Origin: the human T2T-CHM13v2.0 reference genome, Homo sapiens
Length of the DNA stretch: 64,000 bases
Strand: one strand, 5' to 3'
Assembly: GCF_009914755.1 (NCBI RefSeq)
Contig: NC_060929.1
Positions 29,738 through 42,984 of the stretch are shown one piece after another. Each line of letters begins with the position of its first letter. Positions within the stretch are counted from its first letter, which is position 1. Below the pieces are notes generated by a model. That model had not been told where the DNA came from. It made no database searches and worked only from the letters and a program-made list of their open reading frames with translations. A program made the translations under genes and the position numbers.

Positions 29738-30652
29738 ATAAAATGTACTCACAAAGATGTAAGATATATAATGCATATCAATAAGAGACCATCATGGGGA
29801 AGAAGTCAAAGAGTATTACACAGGCAGCATTTAAGGTGAAGACAGAAGATGACTCATTTCATATAAAAATAACACAGCATTTATAGAAAGAGTATTTTCT
29901 TTCAATTTTTAAAGACTTAAAATACAGTGAATATCCTGATTATGGGAACCAGGATAATTGGATGTAAGACTGAAAATCAAAGTCAATGGAGCCAGTGCTA
30001 GATATATAGGTTATGTAAAATAAATATTTGTTGGCTGATTAATTAATGAAGGCCTTAAATGGGGAACTGAGAAATTCAAAGGCATTCTATGAAGTGAATA
30101 ATAGCAATAGACATCCTTTATTTCAAATATTTCTATAAAAATTGTTTTGTATTTTCATTTCCCATGATGTTCAGAACACCTCTCAGGATACATAGATAGT
30201 ATCCTAAGTTACAAAATAGGAAATTCAAGCTTACAAAGTTAAAGTAACTTGCCTAACTTCATGCAGTTACCCAGTGAACCCAGGAGTGGCTCATGTCTAC
30301 TACCATTGATGCTGCCTCTGCACATGAGAAGGGGGCCTGGAAGGAGGAAGGATATCGTGTACACAGTATGTTCAATGCTTCAGCTGTCTACACGCTCTGA
30401 CTGGTTCTTTGTACATTTTGTTTTTAAATGAAATCCGTCAACTAAACTTAGAATACGTATTGTTCTATCTGAATTATGTTTTTGCTTTTTGCTGGGGGAG
30501 AAATAGTCTAGCTCTTTCAATGTAGGCTTTATTTATTTAGTTTTTTAAAAATTATATATAAAACAAACACTATGTAATTTTTTATAGTTTTATACTGGAG
30601 GCTTCAAGTCTCTACATCTAATCCTGTCACTGTTCTTAAAAGTGAAAAACTT

Positions 30653-31320
30653 CTCCAGCATCTGTGCTGGAGAGGATATGGAGAAATAGGAAAGCTTTTA
30701 CACTGTTGGTGAGAGAGTAAATTAGTTCAACCATTGTGGAAGACAGTGTGGCGATTCCTCAAGGATCTAGAACCAGAAATACCATTTGACCCAGCAATCC
30801 CATTACTAGGCATATACCCAAAGTTTTATAAATTATGCTGCTATAAAGACATATGCACACATATGTTTATTGCAGCACTATTCACAATAATTAAGACTTG
30901 GAACCAACCGAAATGTCCACCAATGATACACTGGATAAAGAAAATATGGCACATATACACCATGGAATACTATGCAGCCACAAAAAAGATGAGTTCATGT
31001 CCTTTGCAGGGACATGGATGAAGCTGGAAACCATCATTCTCAGCAAACTGACACAGGAACAGAAAACCAAACACCGCATGTTCTCACTCATAAGTGGGAG
31101 TTGAACAATGAAAACATATGGGCACAGGAAGAGGAACATTACACATTGGGGCCTGTCGGGTTTGGGGGTTTATAGGAGGGATAGCCTTAGGTGAACTACC
31201 TAATGTAGATGACGGGTTGATGTGTGCAGCAAACCACCATGGCACGTGTATACCTATGTAACAAACCTGCACGTTCTGGACATGTATCCCAGAACTTAAA
31301 GTATTAAAAAAAAAAAAAAA
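30653..31320 (+). mobile_element. L1PA (L1PA5-7-like) 3' end with a 12-nt 5' micro-inversion
   Basis: ORF2 C-terminus (ORF 30734-31021, WKTVWRFLKDLEPEIPFDPAIPLLG), 3' UTR and poly-A; 15-bp TSD aaaagtgaaaaactt (30638-30652 and 31317-31331). Confidence 0.95.
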
Positions 31321-31958
31321 GTGAAAAACTTACTTTATCTTTCCCAAAATCAGCCAATTGACCTGAATCCTGTGCAAGACTGTGAAGTACAATTATTTTC
31401 ATGATTGGTTTTCTCAGAAGCCTAGCAATAACTCTGGGGTGAGAATGGTTAATGAGTAAAACACATTAACCTATGTTTAGCATTTCTTTTAAGAAATGAG
31501 ATTGTGATTTCAACTTAGATGACAATCACCAGGACCAGGCCTGCACATTGTTGAATCATCACCGACATAACCCTCACTGATAGCTTTAATGGTAGTGCAA
31601 TAACAGCAACTGCAAAGTTATAATATGACAATGATCTCTAAGGCCCCTACCACCCAGCTCTTCAAATATCACTGAAGTGTTGAGAGGTGAGAATTATAGG
31701 CTATATTTCTTTCTGTTTGGACTCACTTTGTAATTGCAGTTGCTTAAGCCACCTAGTCTATGTGATTGTGTTGTAGCTGCCTGAGCTGATTAAGAGATGC
31801 CCTGTTGCTGTTCCTGCTGTTAATAATGATCATGAAAAAAATTATGAGATGGCTTCTCATTTCATTTGGTGCTGATTGTGGATATAAGTTCAGGTAAGGT
31901 TCTAGGAACCTAGGTTAAGATAAATTAGAATACAATGCTCAAAGGTAATTAGGGGATT

Positions 31959-31985
31959 TGTGTGTGTGTGTGTGTGTGTGTGTGT
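31959..31985 (+). repeat. (TG)n microsatellite
   Basis: About 13 uninterrupted TG units. Confidence 0.95.
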
Positions 31986-32847
31986 TTCAGTTTTGAGGGA
32001 GGTCACTGAGGTATTCAGAAATTTTAATCTAAATAATTTCAATATAATCATTTGAGCATGATCCTCATTGGATCATGCTGAAGCTGAAATTTTTGGCAGC
32101 AGCAGGACAGGATAAAAAAAGAATGTATCCAATTAACCTAACTAAAGCTTTTATAATAGGGATATATATGTTGTGGTATTTGTTTATAAAGATAACGCTT
32201 TATGGCAAAGAGAAGGAAAAGGTTGCCCAACCAATAGGTAAGGCAACACATCCCAGGGGTTAAAGAAGTTATGCTGAACATGAGGTTTTCCACTTGAGGT
32301 CACTCCCTGATGAGCCACAGGGCAAACCTCTCTTTACTCACAGATTTACAAATCTTCCATAAAACAATGAAAATGGGCATCATCCTGACCCTCAGCACCA
32401 TGATAACAAGGAAGGCATGATGAGCCTTGGGGGAATCTTTCAGTACAGTATTTTTTAAAGTGTCATTATTCCTATAAAAATGGAACTCAGGCCTTTTGCT
32501 TTAGCCAGTGGTTTATTTTATTTAATATGCTATAGTTTATATGAAGTACCAGGGAATATAAGGAAGTGAGTAATCTACAGATGTTATTAAAGTGAAGTGA
32601 AAATGAGGCAATCATAGAGGCTCTGATAAGTTTTCTGGCCTCAGTTATCGATGTATTTTGAAATGTATTTAAGAGGCTGAGTCACCTGAATAAGTAAGTC
32701 AGCAGCTTCTTAGGACCAATTTCTTTTCTTCACAACTTAGATGGGTCACAAAGAATTCACATCTCAAAAGAGAATAGAATTGAATTTTTCTAATCTAATT
32801 TTTTAGTAATAATAAGAAATGATGTTTCTAGCTACTTAAATAACTTT

Positions 32848-33221
32848 TGATGTTTTGGCTGTGTCTCCACCCAAATCTCATCTTGAATTGTAGTTCCCAT
32901 AATCCTCACGTGTTGTGGGAGGGGCCCAGTGGGAGACAATTGAATCATGGGGGCGGTTACCTCCATGCTGTTCTCATGATAGTGAGTGAATTCTCACAAG
33001 ATCTGATTGTTTTATAAGGAGCTTTCCCCCACTTCTTTCTTCACTTCTCCTTGATGCCACTATGTGAAGAAAGACGTATTTGCTTCCTCTTCTGCCATGA
33101 TTGTAAGTTTCCTGTGGGCTCCTCAGCCACGCAGAACTGTAAATCAGTTAAACCTCTTTCCTTTATAAATTACCCAGTCTCAGGTATGTCTTTATTAGTA
33201 GTGTGACAATGGACTAATATA
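32848..33221 (+). mobile_element. THE1 (THE1B/C-like) MaLR solo LTR
   Basis: tgatgttttggctgtgtctccacccaaatctcatcttgaattgtagttcccataatc...ggactaatata; ~374 bp. Confidence 0.9.
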
Positions 33222-34680
33222 CTTACAGACTGTCATCTACTTGTGTTCTGTAAATATGTGTTAAATTAAATTTGGAACCATAGCTAAACTACTTGATAAA
33301 TGTTACTTATGTTTTCAGAGCAAGAACATATGCATGCATTATGGTTCATTTGTTATATTTTATTATAACAGAAAATTTTTAAAATACCACAGATTTCAGA
33401 ATATTAATTGGAAGTAGATTATATATAACAGTACATTCCAAATATGTAGCATTTTCCCAACTAATGATAGTATTAAGGAAAACTTAAGGCATACACATAA
33501 ATTTTTACTTTGAAGTCAAATATCTATATAGTTTTAGTGAAGTTATGGTGAATATTAAATTACGTAGACAGCAGCTTCAATTTTCCATTTCAGTTTCCAT
33601 GTACAGATAACACACAAATTGAATTTCTTCTAGGCCATAATTGAATATGTATTTTCTGTATATGTGAAATACATATTCAGACATGGCTATACAAAATCTA
33701 TATTTATAACCGGAAGTAGTATGGAAATTGAGGTACTTCATTATTTTAGTATCTGAATATTGAAATAAATATTACATGCAAATAATTTCATCAGATTATG
33801 TTAATAAGGTATATCAAAACAATAAATAAAAATAACATTTTAATAATAGTGAAATGGAAAGATATAAATTGTTGAAAGCAGAGAAATGGTAAGATTTGTT
33901 TAGAGGCTACACAATTTAATTTATGCTAGTATAGATCAGTTTAACACATTTAATATTTTTTATCTGAAGTTGAATTATATGTAGATATTACCATCTAAGG
34001 CAATATTTTAAATATCAAATATTACTACATCTTTTCTCTTTCAACAAAGAATCCATCTCAGCTCTTTTATTTTGCTTGACATCTTTCCATCAGTCTGTGT
34101 CCTTGGCAATCATTGTTATTCACGGACATAATTTGCACACAGCCCTCAAAATTTTCCCTGCCATTTTAATTAGTGGTCTCTGTTCACACTGTAAGAACTG
34201 AGAATGCAAGTATTGAATTCATGTAGTTAATTAATAATAACTATTATTTGCAGGACAGAAAACATTTTGAAACACAAACCTATTACATTTCAAAGACAAA
34301 TATGTATGGAAAAACAGTGGAACATATATGGCACTGTTGTACAGCTATTATAAAGGAATTAAGTCCATGAAAATTTTTCTATCTGCTTAAGTCTCAAGAT
34401 TATAGATACTCTTATTACATTATCTGAAGACTTAGAATAAAGCCCTGCTTCATGATTCCTCAAGTATTATCAGTGCATCTATCATGTGATTTTTTAATTC
34501 ATCCATGAAGAAAAGGAGATGACATCCTAACCATTTTTCATCTGTACCCATAGCCCTGATTTTCAATTAGCTACAGACGTTTGAATTATTTTCTGAGGGA
34601 TAAAAAGTATTTTCTTCCAGATGTATTTGTTTTCAGATAAAGATTAAAAAATCCAGACACTAAAAAAACTACTGAAATTA

Positions 34681-34713
<33 letters not shown>

Positions 34714-34764
34714 CCATATATATATATAAAACCATATATATATAAAACCATATATATATATATA
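34681..34764 (+). repeat. Compound (TG)n(TA)n microsatellite with three AACC(AT)n higher-order units
   Basis: Seen directly in the sequence. Confidence 0.9.
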
Positions 34765-35559
34765 GGTGAACATATACATGTTCCTCAGCTCTTCAAAGGA
34801 ACGTTTTCCTAATATTGTCTTTGTAAGCTAAAATGTCGCCTCTGAATTCGAAAGGGTCAATTCAGTTTAACTCTGACATATATGTTGTTTGATTTATTTG
34901 CCTACGTATGTAAAATGATAGTCTCATTGACAAGTAATATTAAATACTTAATATTATACACACTAGATTAATGAAAATGTACTATGTTTCATTTCCAAAC
35001 CTAAGTGGAAAATGCTTTTCTAATAACCTATTCATTGGCTGCAAGCTTCTCAGAACATTGCCTTCTATTTTTGGAATAAACTTTTACTGTAATTTAGATT
35101 CTACTTCAGGCAAACAACCTGCAGTAGTATTTTCTTGCAAAGTTAAAAAAGTATTTGCAGGCAAACACAAAGAAAAAAATAGAGCAGACATATTTGCAAG
35201 AGAGAATTCTGAGGTGGTAGAGCAATTTCCTAAGTAAACAGTGGTGATTTCTCTCAAGAAGACTACACAAAAAATATAAAATTATTCAGGCTACTAATAA
35301 AACTATGTGTTTTCTAATTCCTTACAGGAAAAATATTCATTTGTGGATATAACTGATTTTGTTGACTATCATTATTAATATAGCATATATTAAATTACAA
35401 TTCATACAATGTCTACTCCTATTTACCTTTCAATTTTAAAAGTCCCCAACATTTACGATATGTAAAAGGTTAATTGATTCATATGATAGTTTAACTATTC
35501 CATAAACAGATAATGATCTTTAAAGCTCTTATAATAGGGGTAGTGTAGATTAATGCCAT

Positions 35560-35738
35560 ATTCTAAAACTTTAGAGTGTGTTAAAGTAACATAATGTGTA
35601 TGTTAAAACTCTCATTGCTGAGCCCTACTGCCAGAGTTTCTGAGTCAGTAGATCCGGAGTGGGTCTGAGAATGTACATTTCTGAAAAATTGCAGGTGATG
35701 CTAATGTTTCAATCCAGGCTACAAACTCGGGTCAAAAC
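35560..35738. mobile_element. MER5A hAT MITE
   Basis: ccagagtttctgagtcagtagatccggagtgggtctgagaatgtacatttct..caggtgatgctaatg. Confidence 0.75.
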
Positions 35739-36202
35739 AATTATAAGTTTATCTTCACACTTTATTTAAAGCAAGTAATTTTAAAATTAAAAGTTAACCT
35801 AGAACTGCAGTATCAATTCCTGAAATTCTATGCCAAGAGTAATTTATGGTAGACAGGGAATCTGACCTAGTTTGATACTGGAAAACACTAGAGAAATTTA
35901 GGTTTCTCTTAAGTTACCTGGAATGTTATTTCATTAGATAGGTAGATTTATTTTTTGTATGTGAGATTCTTTTATGTTTATGAGGAAAAGCAGTTCTATG
36001 AAATTTTAGATTATCCAAACCATTTTGATTTAAAACATATGAAACTTATAATCTTTCAAAAATACCTAAAATTAGGGATTTTTAGAAGTTGGCCTTTATG
36101 ATGTTTACTATTATATGATCATGATGATTAACTTGTTTCATCTTTAACCAGAATCTGTCGTCAGCGAACTCTAAAGCACTTGCTAGGTGCCATTGTTTTA
36201 TG

Positions 36203-36342
36203 AAAGGAGACAGAGAGAGAGATACAGAGAGAGAAGGAGGAGGAGGAGGAGGAGGAAGAGGAGGTAGGGAAGAGGAGAAGGAGGGGAGGATGGGGAAGAA
36301 AGAGGCAGAGAAGGAGAAGGACAGGGAAAAAAGAAAAGAAAA
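36203..36342 (+). repeat. Polypurine GA-rich low-complexity tract with (GGA)n
   Basis: About 140 nt that are almost entirely purine. Confidence 0.9.
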
Positions 36343-36407
36343 ACTCACATCTAAGGACACAATGTCTTCAAAGCATTTTTTCCCCCTGACTTCCGCCCAG
36401 GAATACT

Positions 36408-36572
36408 CAGGCAGAACTGGCTTTATGCATATTTGACCTGTACAATCACAAGTTACCCTGTGTTCAGAAGATCCCTGTGCTTAGCTGAATATTCTGCTGT
36501 CATTGTCTTGAAATTTCTAATAATTTTAGAACAAGCACCCTGCATATTTATTTTGCATTGTAGCCTGTCCTG
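36408..36572 (+). mobile_element. MER91A-like hAT DNA transposon
   Basis: ctggctttatg..gacctgtacaatcaca..tctgctgtcattgtcttgaaatttctaataatttt..tgtagcctgtcctg. Confidence 0.75.
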
Positions 36573-37638
36573 TCCTCAGGTAACAAAATTAATTCAAACA
36601 TCGTTTTTTCTCCTCTTCCATTGTAAGTGTATACTTGTTAAGTAAATGTCTCAAAATTTTAAAAATGAATTAAAGCCGCAAATACTTCTAAGCATATTTA
36701 CACATAGGGAATGTGTTAAGTATGACAGAATAAAAAGAAGAAAACTAAGGTTGGAGGGGGAAAAAGGAAAATAAGCCTATGTATGGTAGGAACAGAAAAA
36801 GCCCGAAATTCATCAAATAAAGGAAAAAGAATTTGAGCCAAAGACTTCCAGGTTTTGGAGGAACACTCCCATGTCTACAGAGGGAAGGACATCAGAGACT
36901 TGTAAATAAGAGGAACATATTGTTGAGCAAAGTGGATTATCACATCATCTACTGTGAAATATTCACAGGCAGATCTAACACTTCATATTGTGTGTGGAGG
37001 GATTTCTGGCCTAGAGGAGCATAGATAAAATACCCAAATAGCAAAGCTAATCTACTCAATCCATGGCCTCCATTTGGAGGCTCTTATAAATTATCAAATC
37101 AATGCATTTTCTGTTACCCATAGAAACAAAAATTAGTATTTATTTTTATCAGATTGCAAAAGTTCTTTCTTACAGATTGAAAGAAAATTCTCAAGCCTTT
37201 TTTTGTGCTACTTTTAAAGGACCAGCCTAAGGAAGAGAATGCCTCCATTGTGTGCAGGGAGGCAGAGGGGACAGAGATAAGTAAATAGACATTTTGTTTC
37301 CATTATAATTAAATTCCAAGTCTCAGGAAAACAAAACATCTAACATGTTCAATAACTCATCCTCTGTTTGAAATAAAAGCACAGTAAAAATGAATTACCC
37401 AAGAAATAAAGCACTCTAAAATAGGATATTTGGTCTCCTGTCCAAAAAGGATTTATTTTCATTAAAAAATATGTAAATGGTAGACACTAAATCAAAATTA
37501 CTCCGGAATTTGAGTAGCAAAATTATAATTGATGATCTTCTTAAAGGTAAAATGTATTCTATACTACATCGTACATGTTCATGTCCTTAACAGTTTTACA
37601 AATAGGATTCTTGAACTTCCAGTTCTTAGGAAATAGTC

Positions 37639-37937
37639 TTGTTTTGTTTTGTTTTTTGAGACAGTCTCACTCTCTCGCCCAGGCTGGAGGGTAGTGGCAC
37701 AATCTCAGCTCACTGCAACCTTCCCCTCCCAGGTTAAAGTGACTCTTGTGCCTCAGCCTCCTGACTAGCTGGGGTTACAGGCCTATGCCACCACAGCTGG
37801 TTAATTTTTGTATTTTTTTTAGAGATGGTGTTTCGCCATGTTTCCCAGTCTGATTTCAAATTCCTGACCTCAAGTGATCTGCCAGCCGCAGCCTCCCAAA
37901 GTGTTGGAATTACAGGAGTGAGCCACTGTGCCTGGTC
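37639..37937 (-). mobile_element. Alu (old AluS or AluJb-like)
   Basis: Antisense dimer; degenerate TSD cttaggaaatagtc / cttgggcaatagtc. Confidence 0.95.
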
Positions 37938-38049
37938 ACTTGGGCAATAGTCATGCAAAAAATAATTACTCTAATCCATCTATGTCATTGTCTCCTTGAA
38001 TTATGAAACTGAAAAGTGCATATATTTTTTAAAATCACAGTAAAATGTA

Positions 38050-38270
38050 TTTTGGAGACAAATGCTTGAGAATCAGGCCACTAAAATTTAAATACTGACT
38101 GACACTTAGTTCTGTGAATTTGTGAAAATGCTTACATTCTCTGAACCTCACTTTTTTATCTCATATTAATGACAACAAGAGAAAAATATCATAACATTTT
38201 TTGAGAAGTAAATGAATTAGATGTAAAGTGCTAAGAATGATCCCTGGTATTCAGTAATTATTCGTATTCT
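38050..38270 (+). mobile_element. MIR fragment
   Basis: cacttagttctgtgaatttg..cttacattctctgaacctca..atgtaaagtgctaagaatgatccctgg. Confidence 0.65.
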
Positions 38271-41200
38271 TATCACAATATAGCAAGTCCCCAAGACTAA
38301 TGAAACAATCACAAAAGGCCACCCAGAGGAAGTGCTTTATGAAATGGAATTTAACTTCCCAACAAATGTTATGCACACATTTACTGAAGCACATATTGCT
38401 TAACTGGTTCGACATTAGACTTGAATAAAGCAAGGTCTGTGTTTTACTCACTTTTGTATTATTTATGCAAAATTCCAAGCTTAAGGAATATTTGCTGGAT
38501 TCAAATTGCCATATGACTTTAACTATTGGCACAAATTACTTCCAAACATTATAGAAAGGCTATGTTCTTTAAGATAACAGAATAGGAAGTGATTATAATT
38601 TAGATGTGGACTGTAAGAGACCTTAGACATCAAGAAACCCAGGATTTTCATTGGAGAGATGAGAAAACTTGACCTCAAGAAGCCAAATTGCATATCAATA
38701 TATAGAGCAAGTGAACACCTGCAGTGAGATTATAACACAAGTTCTTCATCAGCACTGGTCACACCAACACTAGGGATTATGAGACCTTTTAGTTTTTAAT
38801 CCCCAAGTGTATAATAATTTTGCCTTATAACACTCATAACAATAGGCTTCTTTCCACTGTTGAAAATGCCCAGCAAAAGGACAAATCAACCAATTACCTT
38901 GCTCTGCTCCTAGAAAAATGACCTCTTTACTCCCTCAGACACTGTGCTCTTTTTAAAAAGAGAGAATCAATGTAAACCTTATGTGCAAAGAAAATGTCAC
39001 CCAATTATATTTCATTATTTTAAGTGTTATGGATATAGGAAAGAAAACAAAAGCCATGAAAATTCTATCAAAATGTTAACCCTAAATATTCTCCCATTAT
39101 GAGTCAATTGAATAAAATTACAACGTTAATTTTTTTCAGCCACACCAGTTACATCTTGGCAAGGATCAAATTACAGTTGATATATCTGTTTGACATCTTA
39201 CCTCTTTCTGATGACTAAAGAATATTTTGTTTTAGAGATGACATATATTCCTGAAATGATTTACTTCATTTTCTCACAGAATATCACATCTCAGGCAAAT
39301 ATAGCTACAGATATATACATATGTATATACATATGTACGTGTGTGTTTGTGTGTGTGTATATATATAAACATAAATATACACACATGCACATTTTATGAT
39401 CATTTTGATATAAATAAGAGCCCTATTTACAAAATATTTAAAAAATAAATGTTAAAGTTTATAAAATAAATTTATAAAACAAAACCATTCAAATTAGCAG
39501 ATTGGAAAGCTTTGAAGAATATTCTACATACACAATGAAATTTCTATTCCACTCGTATCTGTTTTCTTATAATAAAAACAATATATAATTTGTCCAACTT
39601 TTAGCAGTCTCTACTGATAATACCCATAACTCCGGCTCTTCCATTAGGAGACGGGAGTCTCTGGTTCCTGAGTGTATTACCAATGCTTGACATAATGGTG
39701 GAAAAATGATAAATATTTGATAAATAAATGCATCAATTGTTAAAAAGGTCTACAGAGGTTCCCTTGATGCAGAATAATCTGCAAGCATGGTGCTTAAAAC
39801 AAGTGCTTCCAATAAAAGCCTGATTTCAGTTCAGCAGCCTTCAATGCTTCGAAGATATATGCTTATTACTACTCTGTCCTCAAAAAACCCTCCATATTTT
39901 TTTCTATTTTTTTAAAATTTGCTCCTATTTCTTTCCAAAGGGATAGCCAGCCACTAGACACAGTACAACATTGAGTCACCTCTTTGACTTCCTATCCTCA
40001 CTTCTTACAAATTCACTATCATTCTGTTAGATCCAAGAACATGGACCATCTTCCTGTTCCTTAAAAGTGCCAGGCACAGGCAGACTTTAAGCCCTTTGTA
40101 CTGGCTGCTTACAACCTGTCATGTTGTGGCCCTTAATAATTATTGCCTTAAAGGATTAAACTTTATACTTTTTAAGGCTTTCTATTTGGTTTTTAAAAAT
40201 TAAACAAGATCTGCTTAAAGCAAAAATTGCAAGTGATTGTGGGATGGGTTGGAGGAAGGGGTGGTCTTGCTCCTCAGTTAACTATATCAGTATCTTTGAC
40301 TAGAGGGTTTCTTTGGCTTGTCCTCTTACTACATGCACAGCTTTTACTAAGATGTCGACTAAGGAAATAATAAGATTATAAAATATGGATTCAGGTCCTT
40401 GGGAAGCACTGTTGAAAAAATTTATATGAAGTTTCATTTTTTAATTTTGAAATATTGAAATAATGTGTTAAATTGTGCTATGAAACCATGGAGTTGTTCA
40501 ATTGTCAGAAAGCAAAGTAGAACAAAATATTTCAGAACTCGAAGACAATTTTCTTGGTTTTTGTCAGATTTTACACAGAAATTTGGAGAGACTGAGGAAC
40601 AAAAGCCCATGTCCTCCATTCCCTAGTTTTCCTTGTAGAGGAACGATGGGTTAGAACATTCTTATGTGCTCCTTCAAGATCATATGTTCTGTTTCACCAA
40701 AGTGCCAAATTTTACTTTCTATCCCTACAAGACTATCTTCCATATTATCCTCTTCATGTGAATAATTTCCTATATTAGGAGCCATTTACTTACTTTTTCT
40801 TCTAAATTCTGTCAGTGCTTTTTCTTTCAGTAGGTGTTATAGAGCCAGCTTGCCAAAGGAAATAAGGCTGAGCTACAGTGAGAGCAAGTACACAAAGGGG
40901 AGCACCCAGGGGAGGTTTGCAAATGCTCTCTCAAATGTATAACGCTGAAATGAAGAGCAAAACATTGCCTAGAATGGTGAGGAGGAAAGCAAGATTTGAA
41001 AGTAAACCCACAAAATTACTCTTGCTTACACACTTTGATGCAGCAACCCCATGTCTAGGAGTCTGTCCTAGAAATTCAGCTGCATAGAAGTGACATGTGC
41101 ATATAGTAATTTATGATGACATAATTTGTAACAGTTAAAGCTAAGAAACAGCCCAGTTTCCATAAAGAGGACAAACGTAAACCATAAGTGGGATACAATG

Positions 41201-41582
41201 CAACATAAGAGTGAGAAAGTTCTCCACTTACTGTGGGGAACAATCTCCAAGATATGTTTGAAAAAACAATCAAGGTGAAGAATCCTATGTATATTATGCT
41301 ACCATTGTATTAATAGAGAAACTGAGAGGGGAGCATATACTCATATTTGATATTTATTCATCAAAATTCTAGAATTAGATCTAATAATTTTTACATTTTA
41401 ATTTCTTTAAAATTTAATTTGCACTTGTAATTTTACAAAAACAGTTAAAGTGTGACCCATATGTGCTGACTGAGAGGGAGGTATGCTCTCTATGGAAACA
41501 CACAGATGACAGGAAGTTATTCTTCTACACACCATTTAAATTATCCATATTTGAACTTTATAAATTAAATATCTATTCAAAT

Positions 41583-42892
41583 ACATCTGATCTTTAACAA
41601 AGCTGACAAAAACAAGCAACAGGGAAAGGATTCCCTATTTAATAAATGGTCCTGGGAAAACTGGCTAGCCATATTCAGAAAACAGAAACTGGACACCTTC
41701 CTTACACCTTAGGCAAAAATTAACTCAAGATGGATTAGAGACGTAAATGTAAAACCCAAAGCCATAAAAACCCTAGAATAAAATAAAACACAGGGAATAC
41801 CATTCAGGACATAGGCATGGGCAAAGACCAAAAGCAATGGCAACAAAAGCCAAAATTGACAAATGGAATCTAATTAAACTGAAGAGCTTCTGCACAGCAA
41901 AAGAAGCTATGATCAGAGTGAACAGGCAACATACAGAATGGGAGAAAATTTATACAATCTACCTATCTGACAAAGATCTAATATCCAGAATCTAAAAGGA
42001 ACTTAAACACATTTACAAGAAAAAACAACCCATCAAAAAGTGGGCAAAGGATATGAACAGACACTTCTCAAAAGAAAACATTTATGCAGCCAATGAACAT
42101 GAAAAAAAGCTCATCATTACTGGTCATCAGAGAAATTCAAATGAAAACCACAATGAGATACCATCTCACGCCAGTCAGAATGGCAATGATTAAAAAGTCA
42201 GGAAACAATAGATGGTGAAGAGGCTGTGGAGAAACAGGATTGCCTTTACACTGTCGGTAGGAGTGTAAATTAGTTCAACCATTATGGAAGACAGTGTGGT
42301 GATTCCTCAAGGATCTAGAACTAGAAATACCATTTGATCCAGCAATCCCATTACTGGGTATATACCCTAAGGATTATAAATCATTCTGCTAGAAAGACAC
42401 AGGCACACATACGTTTACTGTACCACTATTTACAATAGAAAGACTTGGAACCAACCCAAATGCCCAGCAATGATAGACTAGATAAAGAAAATGTGGCACA
42501 TATACACCATGGAATACTATGCAGCCATAAAAAATGAGATCATGTTCTTTTCAGGGACATGGATGAAGCTGGAAGCCATCATCCTCAGCAAACTAACATG
42601 GGAACAGAAAACCAAACACTTCAAGTTCTCACTCATACGTGGGAGTTGAACAATGAGAACACATGGACACATGGAGGGGAACATCACATACTGGGGCCTG
42701 TCAGGGAGTGGGGGACAAGAGGAGGGAGAGCATTAGGACAAATACCTAATGCATGCAGGGCTTAAAACCTAGATGACGGGTTGACAGATACAGCAAACCA
42801 CCATGGTACATGTTTACCTATATTACAAACCTGCACATTCTGCACATGTATCTAGAAACTTAAAGTAAAATTAAAATAAAACAAAAAACAAA
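41583..42892 (+). mobile_element. L1PA (L1PA7/8-like), 3' 1.3 kb
   Basis: Late ORF2 (catctgatctttaacaaagctgacaaaaacaagc) through 3' UTR and A-rich tail; short degenerate TSD caaatacat / caaatgcat. Confidence 0.95.
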
Positions 42893-42984
42893 TGCATTTC
42901 ACAATGAAATTATTAAGTAGGATACATTAAGTTTGATTAAATTTGGTATATTTTTAAGAGGAATACCAATGGAGTTTTGTTGGC

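Noticed and set aside
36082-36436. Overlapping ORFs with poly-G/E or poly-P/S peptides
   Set aside because: Artefact of the GA-rich low-complexity tract.
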